Below are positions 28,653 through 40,260 of a stretch of 64,000 nt of DNA, piece after piece; positions within the stretch are counted from its first letter, which is position 1, and each line of letters starts with the position of its first letter. The DNA is from a virus: IMG/VR virus record IMGVR_UViG_3300046170_000299. One strand, written 5' to 3'. A program made the translations under genes and the position numbers. The notes beneath the pieces are model-generated. The model did no database searches and had not been told where the DNA came from. It saw only the letters and a program-made list of their open reading frames with translations.

Positions 28653-31600
28653 ATGGCTGACCGCTTTCCGTTAATTGTAAATCCAGTTTCACAAAAGATT
28701 GAAGAACTGATTTCTGGAGATAATTTAGACCTTACAGGTAACAATTTTGTTATCAGTGGAGACACTGGTAACGGTAAATATCTGACGAGTGATGGAACGT
28801 CAGTTTTCTGGGGAACGCCAGGTAATGTATACCTCACACAAACACAAACTCTCACAAATAAATCATTTGAAGGTTGTACTATTGTTGGTACGCTCAACAC
28901 ATTAACCAACATACCAAACAACTCATTAATCAACTCACAGATTACTGTAAACGGAACCGCTATTGCTCTAGGCGGAACAGTAACTACTCCAGACAACAAT
29001 ACTACCTACGCTATCTCTGCTCAAGATGGTTCTGGTGCTTCTCAAAAAATTCTTAGATTAACATCTGGTGGTAACGCTGGTGCAGGTGTTGATGATGATG
29101 TTATTCTTGCAGTTGGAGTTCCTTCATCTGTTCCCGCTGGTAACAAAGCACTTAGTTTATTCCTTGATAGAAGTGGTGAGGCTATCACAATTTCTGGTTA
29201 TCAAGAAGATGACAATACTGTAACTACACTACAATCTGCTACTGGTGGTACAGCACAGAGTGGTGATATTACTATTGCAGCTGCAGGATCCTCTATTATT
29301 TCTCAGGACGCAGCAACAAAAACAATTACAATTACGTCTAGTTATGTTGATACTATTACTAGACTGAGAGCAACTACTGGTCAGGTATTTGCTGACGCAG
29401 ATTTTACTTTCTTGGATGGTGGTGCAACCACAGTAACTCAAGGTGTTGATGGTAATGGTGATCCTACTATTACATATAGTTCTACTGATACTATCACTAG
29501 ACTCAAGGGTGGCGGCGCAGGATCATTCGTAACTGGTGATACAACAATTACTGGTGGTACAAATGTTACAGTATCACAAGCTGGTAACACTATCTCTGTT
29601 GCAAGTATAGACACAGATACTATTACCAAACTAGGTGCCAATAACGGAGTAGTTTCTTCTGGTGACTTCCAGTTCTCAGGTGCTGGAGCAACTAGTGTTA
29701 GCTCACAAACAGTTGCTGGTGTCACTACATTTACATTCACATCTGCTAACGATGATACAGGTGCTACGCTAACTGCTTCTGGTGGTGTAATTCTTTCTGG
29801 AGTAGATTTTAGAATTAAAAACTATAGTAATTTCAGTGGTAACACTGTAATGAAATGGGATGCAGGTAACCTACAGTTAACAGATACTTTAATTACTGAC
29901 AATGGATCTACAGTCACAATTAATGGAGACTTAGTTGTTGAGGGAACTCAAACAATTCTAAACACTTCTACTTTACAAGTGGAAGATAATGATATTGAAT
30001 TAAGAAAGGGTGTTAATCTTACTGGTGCTAATGGTGGTATCACTCTTAACAGGACATCCGATCCTTCAGGTAACATTACATCATATGTTTCTCTACAATG
30101 GAATGAGTCTTCTGGATACTGGAGATCGTGGGATGGTTCTGTAGAGAAGAGATTTGTTACTGAAGGTGAGACGCAAGTTCTAACTAACAAAACTCTTACA
30201 GCACCAACATTAACTGCACCTATTCTTGGAGCAGCTACAGCTACATCAATCAATGGACTTGAGATTGCTTCTACTGCATCTGCAACTTTAGATATTGCTA
30301 CAAGTAAAACTCTAGATGTTGATAGAGATCTTGTTCTTACATCTGATAACAGTACCTCTTCTATTAGTGTAAACTTCAGGCAAGGTGGTAACGTTGCATT
30401 TACATCAGATACTTTAGCATCGTTTGCATCAACAACATCCACACAGTTACGTGGTTTGATTACAGATACTACTGGTCTTGATAAGTTAGTATTCCAAACA
30501 AACCCAACAATCTTAACTGGTATTACAACAACATCACCTGGATTTAATTTATTAAATTCTGGTGTAACTAATCTAACCATGGCAGGTGCAGCTAGCATCA
30601 TTACAATTGGTGCTGCTGGTGGTACAACAACATTCAATCAAAGTGTAACTGTAAACGAAGACCTGACAGTAGGTGGTGCTTCAACTGATAATCTTTTATG
30701 TAATGCACAGTTTAACTCTGAAAATGCTGACCTGTTAATCAGAGGAACTGGTACTGATCCAATGAGAGTTGGACGTGGTGGTAGTGCTGTCAATACAAAC
30801 ACTGCAATGGGTGTAAGAACACTCAACAGCGTTACTTCTGGATCTCAAAATACTGGTTATGGATACGAAACATTATTCACAACAAATTCAGGTGCATCCA
30901 ATACAGCTTTTGGACACAGGGTTTTAAGAGCAAATGGTATCGGCGCAAACAATATTGGACTGGGTAAAGATGTACTACTGGTCAATACTGCTGGAAGTAG
31001 GAACATAGGTATTGGTAACAATGCATTAGAGCAAAACGTTGATGGAAATCACAACGTCTGTATTGGACACTATGCTGGTTTCGATGTTTTTGGTGACGGT
31101 AACGTTCTTATTGGTCCTGCATACAATGAAAACTCTGGTGATGTAACATTCCGTCCACCTAATATTAGTGGAGACAACCAACTTGTTATTGGTTCAGGTG
31201 GTCAAGCATGGGTTAGAGGTGATTCAAACTTCGATGTTACTTTCAATAATGATGTTACTGTTGACGTTGATCTAACAGTTAAAGGTAATTTAAATGTTCT
31301 AGGACAACAGACAATTACTCAATCTAATATTGTAAGAATTGCTGATAAAAATATTGAACTTGCATACGTTGTAAGTAGACAGTTTGTAGCTACTGCTGTT
31401 ACTGGCACTGCAAACATTACTGCAATCAACCCCACTGCAGGTTTGATTCCTGGTATGGAAGTTACAACTTCTACAAATGGATTTACAGTTCCACCAAACA
31501 CAACAATTGTTTCTATCACTGCTAACGCTGCTGTTCTTTCTAACAACATCACTGGTAGTGGACAGATTACATTAACTGCCATTGGTCCTTCTGATGCTGC

Positions 31601-32438
31601 AGCTGTTGACGGTGGTATGATTGTTAAAGGCACCACTGACAAGTCGATTCTCTGGAAGGGAGCAGACGCTGGTGTCACATATAACACTTGGGTTTCTTCT
31701 GAACACTTTGATCTTGCTTCTGGAAAGTATTTCTCACTGAATGCAATTAAAATTGCAGATCCAAATACATCAACCATCGGACCTAATGCAGGAGCAGCAG
31801 CAGGACAGATTGATGTTGCTGGTGGAACTGCTGGATATACTTTAGGTAGTGCAACTACTGGTGCTGGTGCAACATCATTCAACTTTACTGGAACAGGTGA
31901 GGTTAAGCTACCAGTTGGTGCAACTGCAAATCGTGCTGGAGAGACTGGAAATACTGCAGCACTTGTTGGTATGCTGAGATATAATACTGAGACAAATAAA
32001 TTTGAGGGATATTCTGGTGCTTCTCCTAATCAATCTTGGAGTGCTCTTGGTGGATCAGCAGCAGTATCCAGTGGACCACCAGCAACTCAAAGTGAAGGGG
32101 ACCTTTGGTATGATACTGATGATGGTCGCCTCTTTATCTATTATAATGATGGATCTAGTGCTCAATGGGTTGACACTAATCCATATGGACTCCCAACTAA
32201 TCTAGTTATTGAAGGAAATATTACTCCAGCTGCTGATAATTCAAGTGACCTTGGTTCAGCAACTAAGCGTTGGGCGAACATCTACTCTGCTGACCTTCAA
32301 CTATCTAACGAGGGTGCTGCTAATGATGTAGATGGAACTTGGGGTCAGTACACAATTCAAGAGGGTGAGGAAGACTTGTTCCTGATAAATAGAAGGAGCG
32401 GTAAGAAGTACAAATTCATGCTTCAGGAGGTAAACTAA
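28653..32438 (+). CDS. Long tail-fibre/baseplate-wedge-like protein
   Basis: T/G/S-rich repeats, NT(A/G)xG beta-helix repeats, GMLRYNTETNKFEGY, C-terminal DLGSATKRWANIYSADL. Confidence 0.85.
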   Translation: MADRFPLIVNPVSQKIEELISGDNLDLTGNNFVISGDTGNGKYLTSDGTSVFWGTPGNVYLTQTQTLTNKSFEGCTIVGTLNTLTNIPNNSLINSQITVNGTAIALGGTVTTPDNNTTYAISAQDGSGASQKILRLTSGGNAGAGVDDDVILAVGVPSSVPAGNKALSLFLDRSGEAITISGYQEDDNTVTTLQSATGGTAQSGDITIAAAGSSIISQDAATKTITITSSYVDTITRLRATTGQVFADADFTFLDGGATTVTQGVDGNGDPTITYSSTDTITRLKGGGAGSFVTGDTTITGGTNVTVSQAGNTISVASIDTDTITKLGANNGVVSSGDFQFSGAGATSVSSQTVAGVTTFTFTSANDDTGATLTASGGVILSGVDFRIKNYSNFSGNTVMKWDAGNLQLTDTLITDNGSTVTINGDLVVEGTQTILNTSTLQVEDNDIELRKGVNLTGANGGITLNRTSDPSGNITSYVSLQWNESSGYWRSWDGSVEKRFVTEGETQVLTNKTLTAPTLTAPILGAATATSINGLEIASTASATLDIATSKTLDVDRDLVLTSDNSTSSISVNFRQGGNVAFTSDTLASFASTTSTQLRGLITDTTGLDKLVFQTNPTILTGITTTSPGFNLLNSGVTNLTMAGAASIITIGAAGGTTTFNQSVTVNEDLTVGGASTDNLLCNAQFNSENADLLIRGTGTDPMRVGRGGSAVNTNTAMGVRTLNSVTSGSQNTGYGYETLFTTNSGASNTAFGHRVLRANGIGANNIGLGKDVLLVNTAGSRNIGIGNNALEQNVDGNHNVCIGHYAGFDVFGDGNVLIGPAYNENSGDVTFRPPNISGDNQLVIGSGGQAWVRGDSNFDVTFNNDVTVDVDLTVKGNLNVLGQQTITQSNIVRIADKNIELAYVVSRQFVATAVTGTANITAINPTAGLIPGMEVTTSTNGFTVPPNTTIVSITANAAVLSNNITGSGQITLTAIGPSDAAAVDGGMIVKGTTDKSILWKGADAGVTYNTWVSSEHFDLASGKYFSLNAIKIADPNTSTIGPNAGAAAGQIDVAGGTAGYTLGSATTGAGATSFNFTGTGEVKLPVGATANRAGETGNTAALVGMLRYNTETNKFEGYSGASPNQSWSALGGSAAVSSGPPATQSEGDLWYDTDDGRLFIYYNDGSSAQWVDTNPYGLPTNLVIEGNITPAADNSSDLGSATKRWANIYSADLQLSNEGAANDVDGTWGQYTIQEGEEDLFLINRRSGKKYKFMLQEVN

Positions 32439-32620
32439 TGGCACTATATGTCAACGGCACAAAGATGTTAGGTGCCCTTGCTAGTGATCCAACTAGCAAC
32501 AACACTGAAGGAGATCAATACTTTAATACTGTAGAGAATGCTTACAAAGTATATAACGGTACTGAGTGGGTAGAGATCTTTACTGACTATGTTCCATCAG
32601 GTTCCACCACACTGGGTTGA
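32438..32620 (+). CDS. Small fibre-associated protein
   Basis: EGDQYFNTVENAYKVYNGTEW resembles fibre beta-modules. Confidence 0.7.
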   Translation: MALYVNGTKMLGALASDPTSNNTEGDQYFNTVENAYKVYNGTEWVEIFTDYVPSGSTTLG

Positions 32621-32623
32621 TAA

Positions 32624-35600
32624 ATGGCAAACGAATATTTTCAAAGAACTCCTACCAGTAGTGGTAATAGATCCACGCATACTTGGAGTGGGTGGATAAA
32701 GAGAAATGTTTTAGGTGATTGGACTCGTTTGTTCAGCACTGCAGGGACAAACTCTTTTACAACTTACTGGTTCTAGTCCACCAGATCAAATACGATATCT
32801 TGATCAAACAGGTAGCAATTATGACTTGCGTAGTTCTTCTCTGTTGAGAGATGTTGGTAGCTGGATGCATATAGTTTTATCTGTAGACCATACACTATCA
32901 TTGCCAAGAGACAGAGTTAGAATTTATGTGAATGGTGTTGAACTTGATGATTACTCTACTGATTCTAGTTCAAATGGACCGTCAGAATTGTAGAGCACCA
33001 TATTGGAATTATCAGAAATACGGGCAGCACTTTTGTTAATCCATTTTTAGGTGAACTATTTGATTTATTTTTAGTAGACGGTCAAGCACTCACACCAGAT
33101 GTGTTTGGTTTTTATAAAGATGGAGACGGTTATATGTCTTCTGGAACTACACAAGCAACTGATTTCAGACCAGGACAATGGAGTCCTAGATTACCAAAGT
33201 CAATCAAGTATACGATCAATCGTAGTGGTGGATTCGGTGCCAATGGATTCTATCTGCCTATGAATGATAGTTCTAATCCTGGTGCTGACTTCCACTGTGC
33301 TCCTAATAGTATTATCAAAACTGAAGGGAGAGGACTTACCACAACCACGTAATGGTGCTCCTACAACTTCTGATGCTTATGTCAGTCAGTTAAGAACACA
33401 GACAGGTGAATTGTTTAATGATGGTGTCGTTAAATTTTACTTCAACAAATAGAAATGCATTACAAGATAGTGGCGATGCAATCAATCTTGGAACTGGTGA
33501 ATTTACTGTAGAAGCTTTTGTTTATCATAGTGATATTCCGCAAAATTCTTTGCAGTATATCTTTATGAATTCATCTCAGAGCAATACTACTACATTTGCA
33601 TTTGCTGTTGAATCGGATCGTATTGTTGCTGGTGCATTTGCTGGTAGTTTCTCAAACTCTACAAAAGTAGAAGCAACATTTCCTGTAGGAAGTCTTAAAA
33701 CAGGTAAGTGGTATCATTATGCTGCTTGTAGAAGTGGAAATACACTCCGTCTGTTTATTGATGGTAGAATGGTGGTGGAGGATACTTCCCACACAGAAAA
33801 CTATAATAACACCAGTGCGTTTGGGTGTAGAGTTGGATGCGAAGCAGGTGCTGGTGCTACTGCTGCTGGATTTAAAGCCATCAAGGGATTCATTTCAAAC
33901 GTTCGTGTTGTAAATGGAACTGCCCTTTATACTTCAAACTTTACACCACCAACATCTGCTCTTACCGCAGTAACTAATACTGTTCTTCTTTGTTGCCAGT
34001 CTCCATCATCACCAACTGCTGCTGCTGTATCACCTGGAACTTTATCAGTTCTAACTGAGGGAGATGGTCTAACTGCTGGTAGAAATGAATTAGATGCTTC
34101 TATTGTTCTTGCTGTTCCTGGTATTTCTACTGCGACTGGTGTTAATTTAGTTACGAACGGACATTTTGATACTGATACCAGCGGTTGGAGTTCTTTTAGT
34201 AGCGCAACATTAACTCAAGTAAATGGTACATTAAAAGTAGAATGTACTGGAGGTGATACAGTTTCTGCGGGTAGCTATAATTTTGCTACTGTTAATGGGC
34301 AGAGATATACCGTATCTGTTGAAGTAATATCTAGAACTGGCACTACTGAGTTGGGAATTTCAAATAATTCTACTGTTGGTGCAGGTGCAAATATTTTATC
34401 TACTAATGACGGTTCAGCATCACTTGATTTAGGTTTAAATTCTAGGTCTTTTACTGCTACAGGAACAACAACATACATTGGTCTTTGGACTTCTGGAATA
34501 GCAAATGCAGCAAACACAAATGCAATCTATGATAATGTTGTAGTCAAACAAGAAGACGCACCAAGAGATTACTCTGCTGATATCAAAGGTAGTGGAACTA
34601 ATAAGACACTTACAGCAACTGGTAATGCTGGTGTTGGTTATGATCTTGGTGGATATTATGGAAGTGCTATGACCTTTGATGGAACTGGTGATTTCTTATC
34701 AATTCCCAACAACTCAGATTTTAATTATAGTGATGGTGGAGATTTTACGATTGAACTCTGGTTGTATAGAAAAAATACTGGTGGTAATGATGCCGTAATA
34801 GGCGTTTTTGAAAATAGTGTTGCTAGAAGAGGATGGCAAATTGAACAAAGAGCAAATGAAGCTTTAAGATTTCAGTGGTGGGCAGATGGTTCAACTGGTA
34901 GCGGCACACTTGACACTCCAACTTCTGCTGTACCAATTGACCAATGGACTCATATTTGTGCCGAGAGAAATGGAGATTTAGTAACACTGTATATTAATGG
35001 TGTTGCTAGTGCTGTGGACACATCTGCTGGATCTTTTTATAATAACACCGTAGATCCATTAAGAATTGGTGTATTAAATGCTGCAGGTGATTCGGATTTA
35101 AATGCTAACATCCAAGACGTTCGTATCTACAAAGGTCTAGCAAAATACAAAGGTGGTTTTGATGTTCCCAAACCTTACACACCAGTAGGTATTGAGGCAT
35201 TTAGAACAACTGATGATACTTGTAAGAATAACTTTGCTACTTTGAATCCATTAGATGAAGCTGATATGCCTGTTTCAAACGGTAATTTAGCTATAGATCA
35301 AAGTAGTGGAGGATGGCATACCCTACTAGGAACACAATATGTAAGTAGTGGAAAATGGTATGCAGAAATGAGAATGGATAGATTAGGTTGGATCATGTTT
35401 GGTGTAGATCAAACGTGGTTAGAAACAAACTCAAAACATATTGGTGGTCAGACTGGATCTAAGGGGATGGCAGTAGTATATAATACAGGAAGTCGAGGAG
35501 ATATAACATATAATGGCGCAAATAGCGTATATACTGGGGGAGATACTACAGCAGCAACTGGGGATATTATATCAATTGCTCTTGATTTGGACAATAATAA

Positions 35601-36831
35601 TGTTAAATTCTTCAAAAATAATGTCCAGCAATACAATTTAGATAATTTATTGGAATCAGGAGAACAATATTCAATTGGAGCGTCCCCTTATTCTAATGTT
35701 GCTATAACAATTAACTTCGGTCAAAACCCAACATTCTCTGGTGCTCTAACAGCAGGAACAAACGCAGATGATAGTGGTAAGGGACTGTTTAAGTATGCTC
35801 CTCCAAGTGGTTTCCTAGCATTATGTGAGGATAACTTACCTGCTCCTGCGATTGCTGACCCTGGTAAGCATTTTAAAACTGTGCTCTGGTCTGGTGATGG
35901 TAATAGTGGTAGAAATATTACTGGTGTAGGATTCAAACCAGATTTGGTTTGGATAAAAAGGAGAGATGGTGCTGATGTTCGACATTATCTATTTGATTTG
36001 ATTAGAGGACCTCTTAAAGGATTAGATCCAAGCGATGGTATTGCTGAAGTAGAAGGATCTACATGGTTACAATCTTTTGATTCTAATGGATTCTCGTTAG
36101 GATCTTCTGGTGGTCTCAATGGGTCTGGAAATAACTATGTGGCATGGTGCTGGAAGGCTGGTGGTCCTGCAGTAACAAACACTGAGGGAAATATCACAAC
36201 ACAGGTGAGTGCTAATCCAGAAGCTGGATTTAGTATTATAAGATCACCTGGACCTGGAACCTCTGGGCATGGATTGAATAGTACACCAAAATTTATTATT
36301 CAGAAGTCTGTTGGTACTGGAAATTGGAATGTTGCTCATGCTGACCTATATGCTTCAGGTGGTACTGGCAAAATACTACTTAACCTAAATGGTGGTGTTG
36401 TAGCATCTAGTACAACATATATGCATGAAGCTACTGCTACAACATTTGACCCATTATTTTCTGCAGACCAAATGGCTTACGTGTGGGCAGAAGTAGAAAA
36501 TTTCAGTAAGTTTGGAAGTTATATTGGAAATGAAAATGCTGACGGAAGTTTCATATATTGTGGATTTAAACCAGCATTTGTCATAACAAAGAGAATTGAT
36601 GGCAATGGTAATTGGTTGATACATGACTCTTCAAGAGATCCTGTAAATCCTGTTATGGGAGCATTATATGCAAATGAACCCGATCCAGAAGGAAGCGCAG
36701 TAAGAGTTGATTTTGTTTCTAATGGATTTAAACATAGAAATGCTGATGGTGGAACAGCAAATAATTATGCCAATAATTATATCTTCGCTGCTTTTGCTGA
36801 GTCGCCATTCCAAACAGCTAACGCTAAGTAA
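32624..36831 (+). CDS. Multi-LamG/SPRY adhesin-like virion protein, interrupted by about 4 apparent frameshifts near its 5' end
   Basis: ATG 32624 (MANEYFQRTPTSSGNR); LamG motifs (WMHIVLSVD, WYHYAACRSG, WTHICAERNG) continue across frames at ~32775, ~32985, ~33320, ~33430. Confidence 0.8.
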
Positions 36832-36865
36832 TAAATACATCAGGGTATCTCTAATCTAAAATCAA

Positions 36866-38038
36866 ATGGCAATCAATTTTCCCACTAGTCCCAGTACAAA
36901 TGATACTTTTACTGTAGGATTCATCACATACAAATGGGATGGAGCTAAGTGGATTGGACAGGGTGTTACTCCTGAAACTGATAGATTAGTTGAGGGTAGT
37001 AATAAGTTAGAGATTAATGATAGTAATGAATTAGTTTGGACTGGTGGTGATGCTAAGTTTGGTGGATCCTTGGAAGTTGGTGCCAACATAGATCTAACGG
37101 ATTCCACAGTTGATCTTTACTCTCAAACAACAAACGCAGCATCGAAAACTTTCCAACTGTTTTCTGATATAGGCGGTACAAAAACAGAGAAATTATCCAT
37201 TACAGCAAACGGTGCCGCCACGCTTGGTGGTGTTTGTAAGGTTGACCGTACTGTATCGGGCGATGGTTGCTTCCACGCCGCATTAAATGGGACAGTAAAA
37301 GCTTCTATCACATCAGCAGGCAGCGCCACGTTTCTTGGTGATGTTGGCATTGGAAGTAGTGCTAGTCCTAGAACTGAATTGGATTTATTTGATGGACAAC
37401 TATCATTTAGTCATAGAACAGATTATTCAATAAGATTTTATAATGGTACTGGTAATAACTGGTCTGCAATACTTAATCCTAGCATTAATGATGGAACTAA
37501 CGCTTCTGCGCTATCATTTAAGGTAGCTACAGGTGAAGCACTTCGTATAGATACTGCTGGCGAAGTAACAAAACCAAAGCAACCAGCATTTATTGTTAGG
37601 TATTCTGTTAATGAAACCACTTGGAATGTAGCGACAGACGGTTGGACAAAAATTCCTTTTGACGAAGAAAATATGGATAGGGGTGGTAATTTTAATACTT
37701 CTACTAGTGAATTCACAGCACCAGTTGCTGGTACGTATCTGTTCGGAGCAGAATTACAATTAGAAGCTCCTAATGGAATTAGTAGCGGTTATCTTACAAG
37801 TGGATCTAATTGGATGTATATTACTTTCATAGTAAATGGTTCTACAACATTGGTTGAAAGTGAAGGTGGAACTAGAACTGATGCTAATTTCAATTCGATG
37901 TATAATTCATATAATCCCACTCACCTATTGCAATTAGCTGCTGGCGATACAGTTTGTATGTACCGCAATGGAAACTATTCTACTATTAAATTTAAAGGTG
38001 GTGGCGAATCTGTTTTCTGGGGATACTTGGTAGGATAA
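36866..38038 (+). CDS. Fibre protein with C-terminal globular C1q/TNF-like domain
   Basis: MAINFP start; QPAF...IPFD...GGNFNTSTSEFTAPVAGTYLF...LQLAAGDTV...FWGYLVG. Confidence 0.8.
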   Translation: MAINFPTSPSTNDTFTVGFITYKWDGAKWIGQGVTPETDRLVEGSNKLEINDSNELVWTGGDAKFGGSLEVGANIDLTDSTVDLYSQTTNAASKTFQLFSDIGGTKTEKLSITANGAATLGGVCKVDRTVSGDGCFHAALNGTVKASITSAGSATFLGDVGIGSSASPRTELDLFDGQLSFSHRTDYSIRFYNGTGNNWSAILNPSINDGTNASALSFKVATGEALRIDTAGEVTKPKQPAFIVRYSVNETTWNVATDGWTKIPFDEENMDRGGNFNTSTSEFTAPVAGTYLFGAELQLEAPNGISSGYLTSGSNWMYITFIVNGSTTLVESEGGTRTDANFNSMYNSYNPTHLLQLAAGDTVCMYRNGNYSTIKFKGGGESVFWGYLVG

Positions 38039-38065
38039 ATAGAGCTGTTGTATTATGTGGGAGAT

Positions 38066-38497
38066 ATGTCAGAAGAAGTAAAGAAAGAAGAACCTAAAAA
38101 GAAAGGTATTCTTGGTAAACTGAAAGAAGCAGCAGACGATAAGGAAGAACAACTTGCAATTCTCTCTACCTTTGTCCGTCTTGGTATTCTTGTTTGGTCT
38201 GGTGGAATTCTTACTCTGGCGTATATTAAACTACCTCCTGCCTTGGGAATTCCTGAGCAGAAACTCGATCCAACTTTCATAGCTTCGGTCTTTACTGGAG
38301 TTTTAGCTACTTTTGGTGTGCAAGCAGCAAAGAAAGCAGGAGATGGTGGTGGTGGTAATGGTGGTGGTATCACTAAAGAACAGATGGAGAGACTGATTGA
38401 GAAGGCAGCACAAACTGCTCCTTCACAAACAATTAGAATCGAACAAGCACCTGTTAAGATTACGACCTCGGATAAAGATGACACTTACAAAATGTAA
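38066..38497 (+). CDS. Two-TM membrane protein
   Basis: LGILVWSGGILTLAYI and FIASVFTGVLATFGV. Confidence 0.8.
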   Translation: MSEEVKKEEPKKKGILGKLKEAADDKEEQLAILSTFVRLGILVWSGGILTLAYIKLPPALGIPEQKLDPTFIASVFTGVLATFGVQAAKKAGDGGGGNGGGITKEQMERLIEKAAQTAPSQTIRIEQAPVKITTSDKDDTYKM

Positions 38498-38502
38498 TTA
38501 CT

Positions 38503-38751
38503 ATGCAAAAAATTATTAACGCAATCGCTATTCTCAGTGGTGTAGTATCACTCACAGTTGTGGGTGGTGGAACATATCTTTATATGAATAAAGATACACT
38601 GGTAGAAGATGCTAGAGGAAAAATTACAAAGGCAGTAACTGAAGCAGTTACAGGTTCACTTCCTGGTTTAGTTGGTGGTTCTATGCCAGAACTACCTAGT
38701 CAAACTGGTGGAGCTATTCCTGATATTGGTGGTTCTGCATTGCCATTCTGA
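38503..38751 (+). CDS. Single-TM hypothetical protein
   Basis: N-terminal hydrophobic anchor. Confidence 0.75.
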   Translation: MQKIINAIAILSGVVSLTVVGGGTYLYMNKDTLVEDARGKITKAVTEAVTGSLPGLVGGSMPELPSQTGGAIPDIGGSALPF

Positions 38752-38753
38752 TC

Positions 38754-39318
38754 ATGACTAAACTAAAGATTGTTGCTGCTACTGTTGGAGGTTTATTCGC
38801 AGTAGCACATATCGGATTGTTAGGGTTATGTATTCAGAAGACCCAATATTCCACAGGTTCCTGCTATCAATATTCCCCATGGGGAGTATTCATCTTATAG
38901 TATCAAAGCAGGTAAAGATGGATACCAAATTGATTTTAGAGCAAACGATCCTGCTATCTTAGAATCTGAACAAACACTAGATCTTTTAAAAAATAAGAAA
39001 GGACTGTTTGGTGGTGGTATAGAAGACCGTCTAGAATATCGTCGTGATCAATTCACTATGGATGGGTTTAGAAACCTAGGAGGTGCAACTAATGAGCAGG
39101 GAAAGTCTGCGAAAGAAGTAGAGTGCATCGTGGCGGACGCTGGCGCACGGAGTCAAGGTGCAATGGCAGGTAGTGCTATCGCTGCTGGTGTTGCTGTTCC
39201 TGCCCTTTCTGGCATCCCCTATGTGGGTTGGTTAGCTGGTGGTTGGGCGTTACTTCTAGGTAACAAAGCAGGATCTGAGGCAGGATCACAAATTGGTAGT
39301 GTATTCAATGATTGTTGA
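38754..39318 (+). CDS. Membrane-anchored protein with C-terminal glycine zipper (one +1 frameshift at ~38825)
   Basis: MTKLKIVAATVGGLFAVAHIGLLG joins the 39058 frame if one G is removed; GAMAGSAIAAG...GSEAGSQIG. Confidence 0.7.
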
Positions 39319-40080
39319 TGGAAATTCCTGAAATTAGATTGAGAGGGAGGGGAGATTGATACTATCAAAATCCCTTTCACTCCTGATTATTTGTTAGATC
39401 CACCTCAAGCAATTCCAATCTATCCACCAATAACTGGTGAAATTGGTGTTCCTATTGTAGACATTCCTGGTTGTGTGGAAGCACATGATGTGGATGAAAA
39501 CAATATGCTTGAGACTGCTGACCCAAAAGGTGTCAGGACATATTGTGATGCTGGAATGCCATCTTATAATCCTATTGATTATAATAAAGATGAACTGCAG
39601 TTTACAGGAGAAGCAGAAGTACCTCCTGTGAGATCACCAGAATCACCAGAGGTAGATTCACCTAAAATACCAAAGGATACTAATACTGCTTCAATAAAGT
39701 GTCCTACAGAAGCACAACAACTGAAGGAACCTATTGGTACGTTAGTAGATAACGGAACTAAAAAAATTATTGAGTATAGATTGGTTGGAAAAGAATGTAT
39801 ACCAATCAAAGAAGAGATTACTGTTGTTGATCAATTTATTAAAGGAATACCATCTACAAACCAAGTGACAACAACAGCATCAATTGCTATCGTAGCAACT
39901 GCAGCTGCGACTGCCACTCCTTTCCTATTGAAAGTTGTTAAACCAATTGTCAAACAGATCATTAAAAAAGTTAAGAAGTTATTAGGAAAAGAACCTCCTA
40001 AACTATCTTCTAATGAAATTCAAACTAATAAGTATAGAGAGAAGAGAGGATTACCTCCTTTCAAACTACCCAAAAAATAA
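39318..40080 (+). CDS. Pro-rich protein with C-terminal TM and basic tail (one +1 frameshift at ~39345)
   Basis: ATG 39318 joins 39391 frame; IAIVATAAATATPFLL. Confidence 0.7.
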
Positions 40081-40092
40081 TTTTAAAAGAAC

Positions 40093-40260
40093 GTGACAAA
40101 CTACAAAGAAATTGATTGGCGAGAAGATTATAAAAAGTACACCAACGACCCGAGAGATCTTCGACGTTTAGAAGAGGGTGCAACAAGTTTGGCACAGTCA
40201 TGGCATTTACAAGCCATGTTTTATAGATGGAAGAAGATTGTGGGTATCAATCACCAATAG
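40093..40260 (+). CDS. Small hypothetical protein (55 aa)
   Basis: GTG start, TNYKEIDWREDYKKY...; hand-translated. Confidence 0.55.
   Translation: MTNYKEIDWREDYKKYTNDPRDLRRLEEGATSLAQSWHLQAMFYRWKKIVGINHQ

Noticed and set aside
23367-38038. Diversity-generating retroelement acting on fibre tips
   Set aside because: No reverse transcriptase and no template/variable repeat pair differing at adenines was seen
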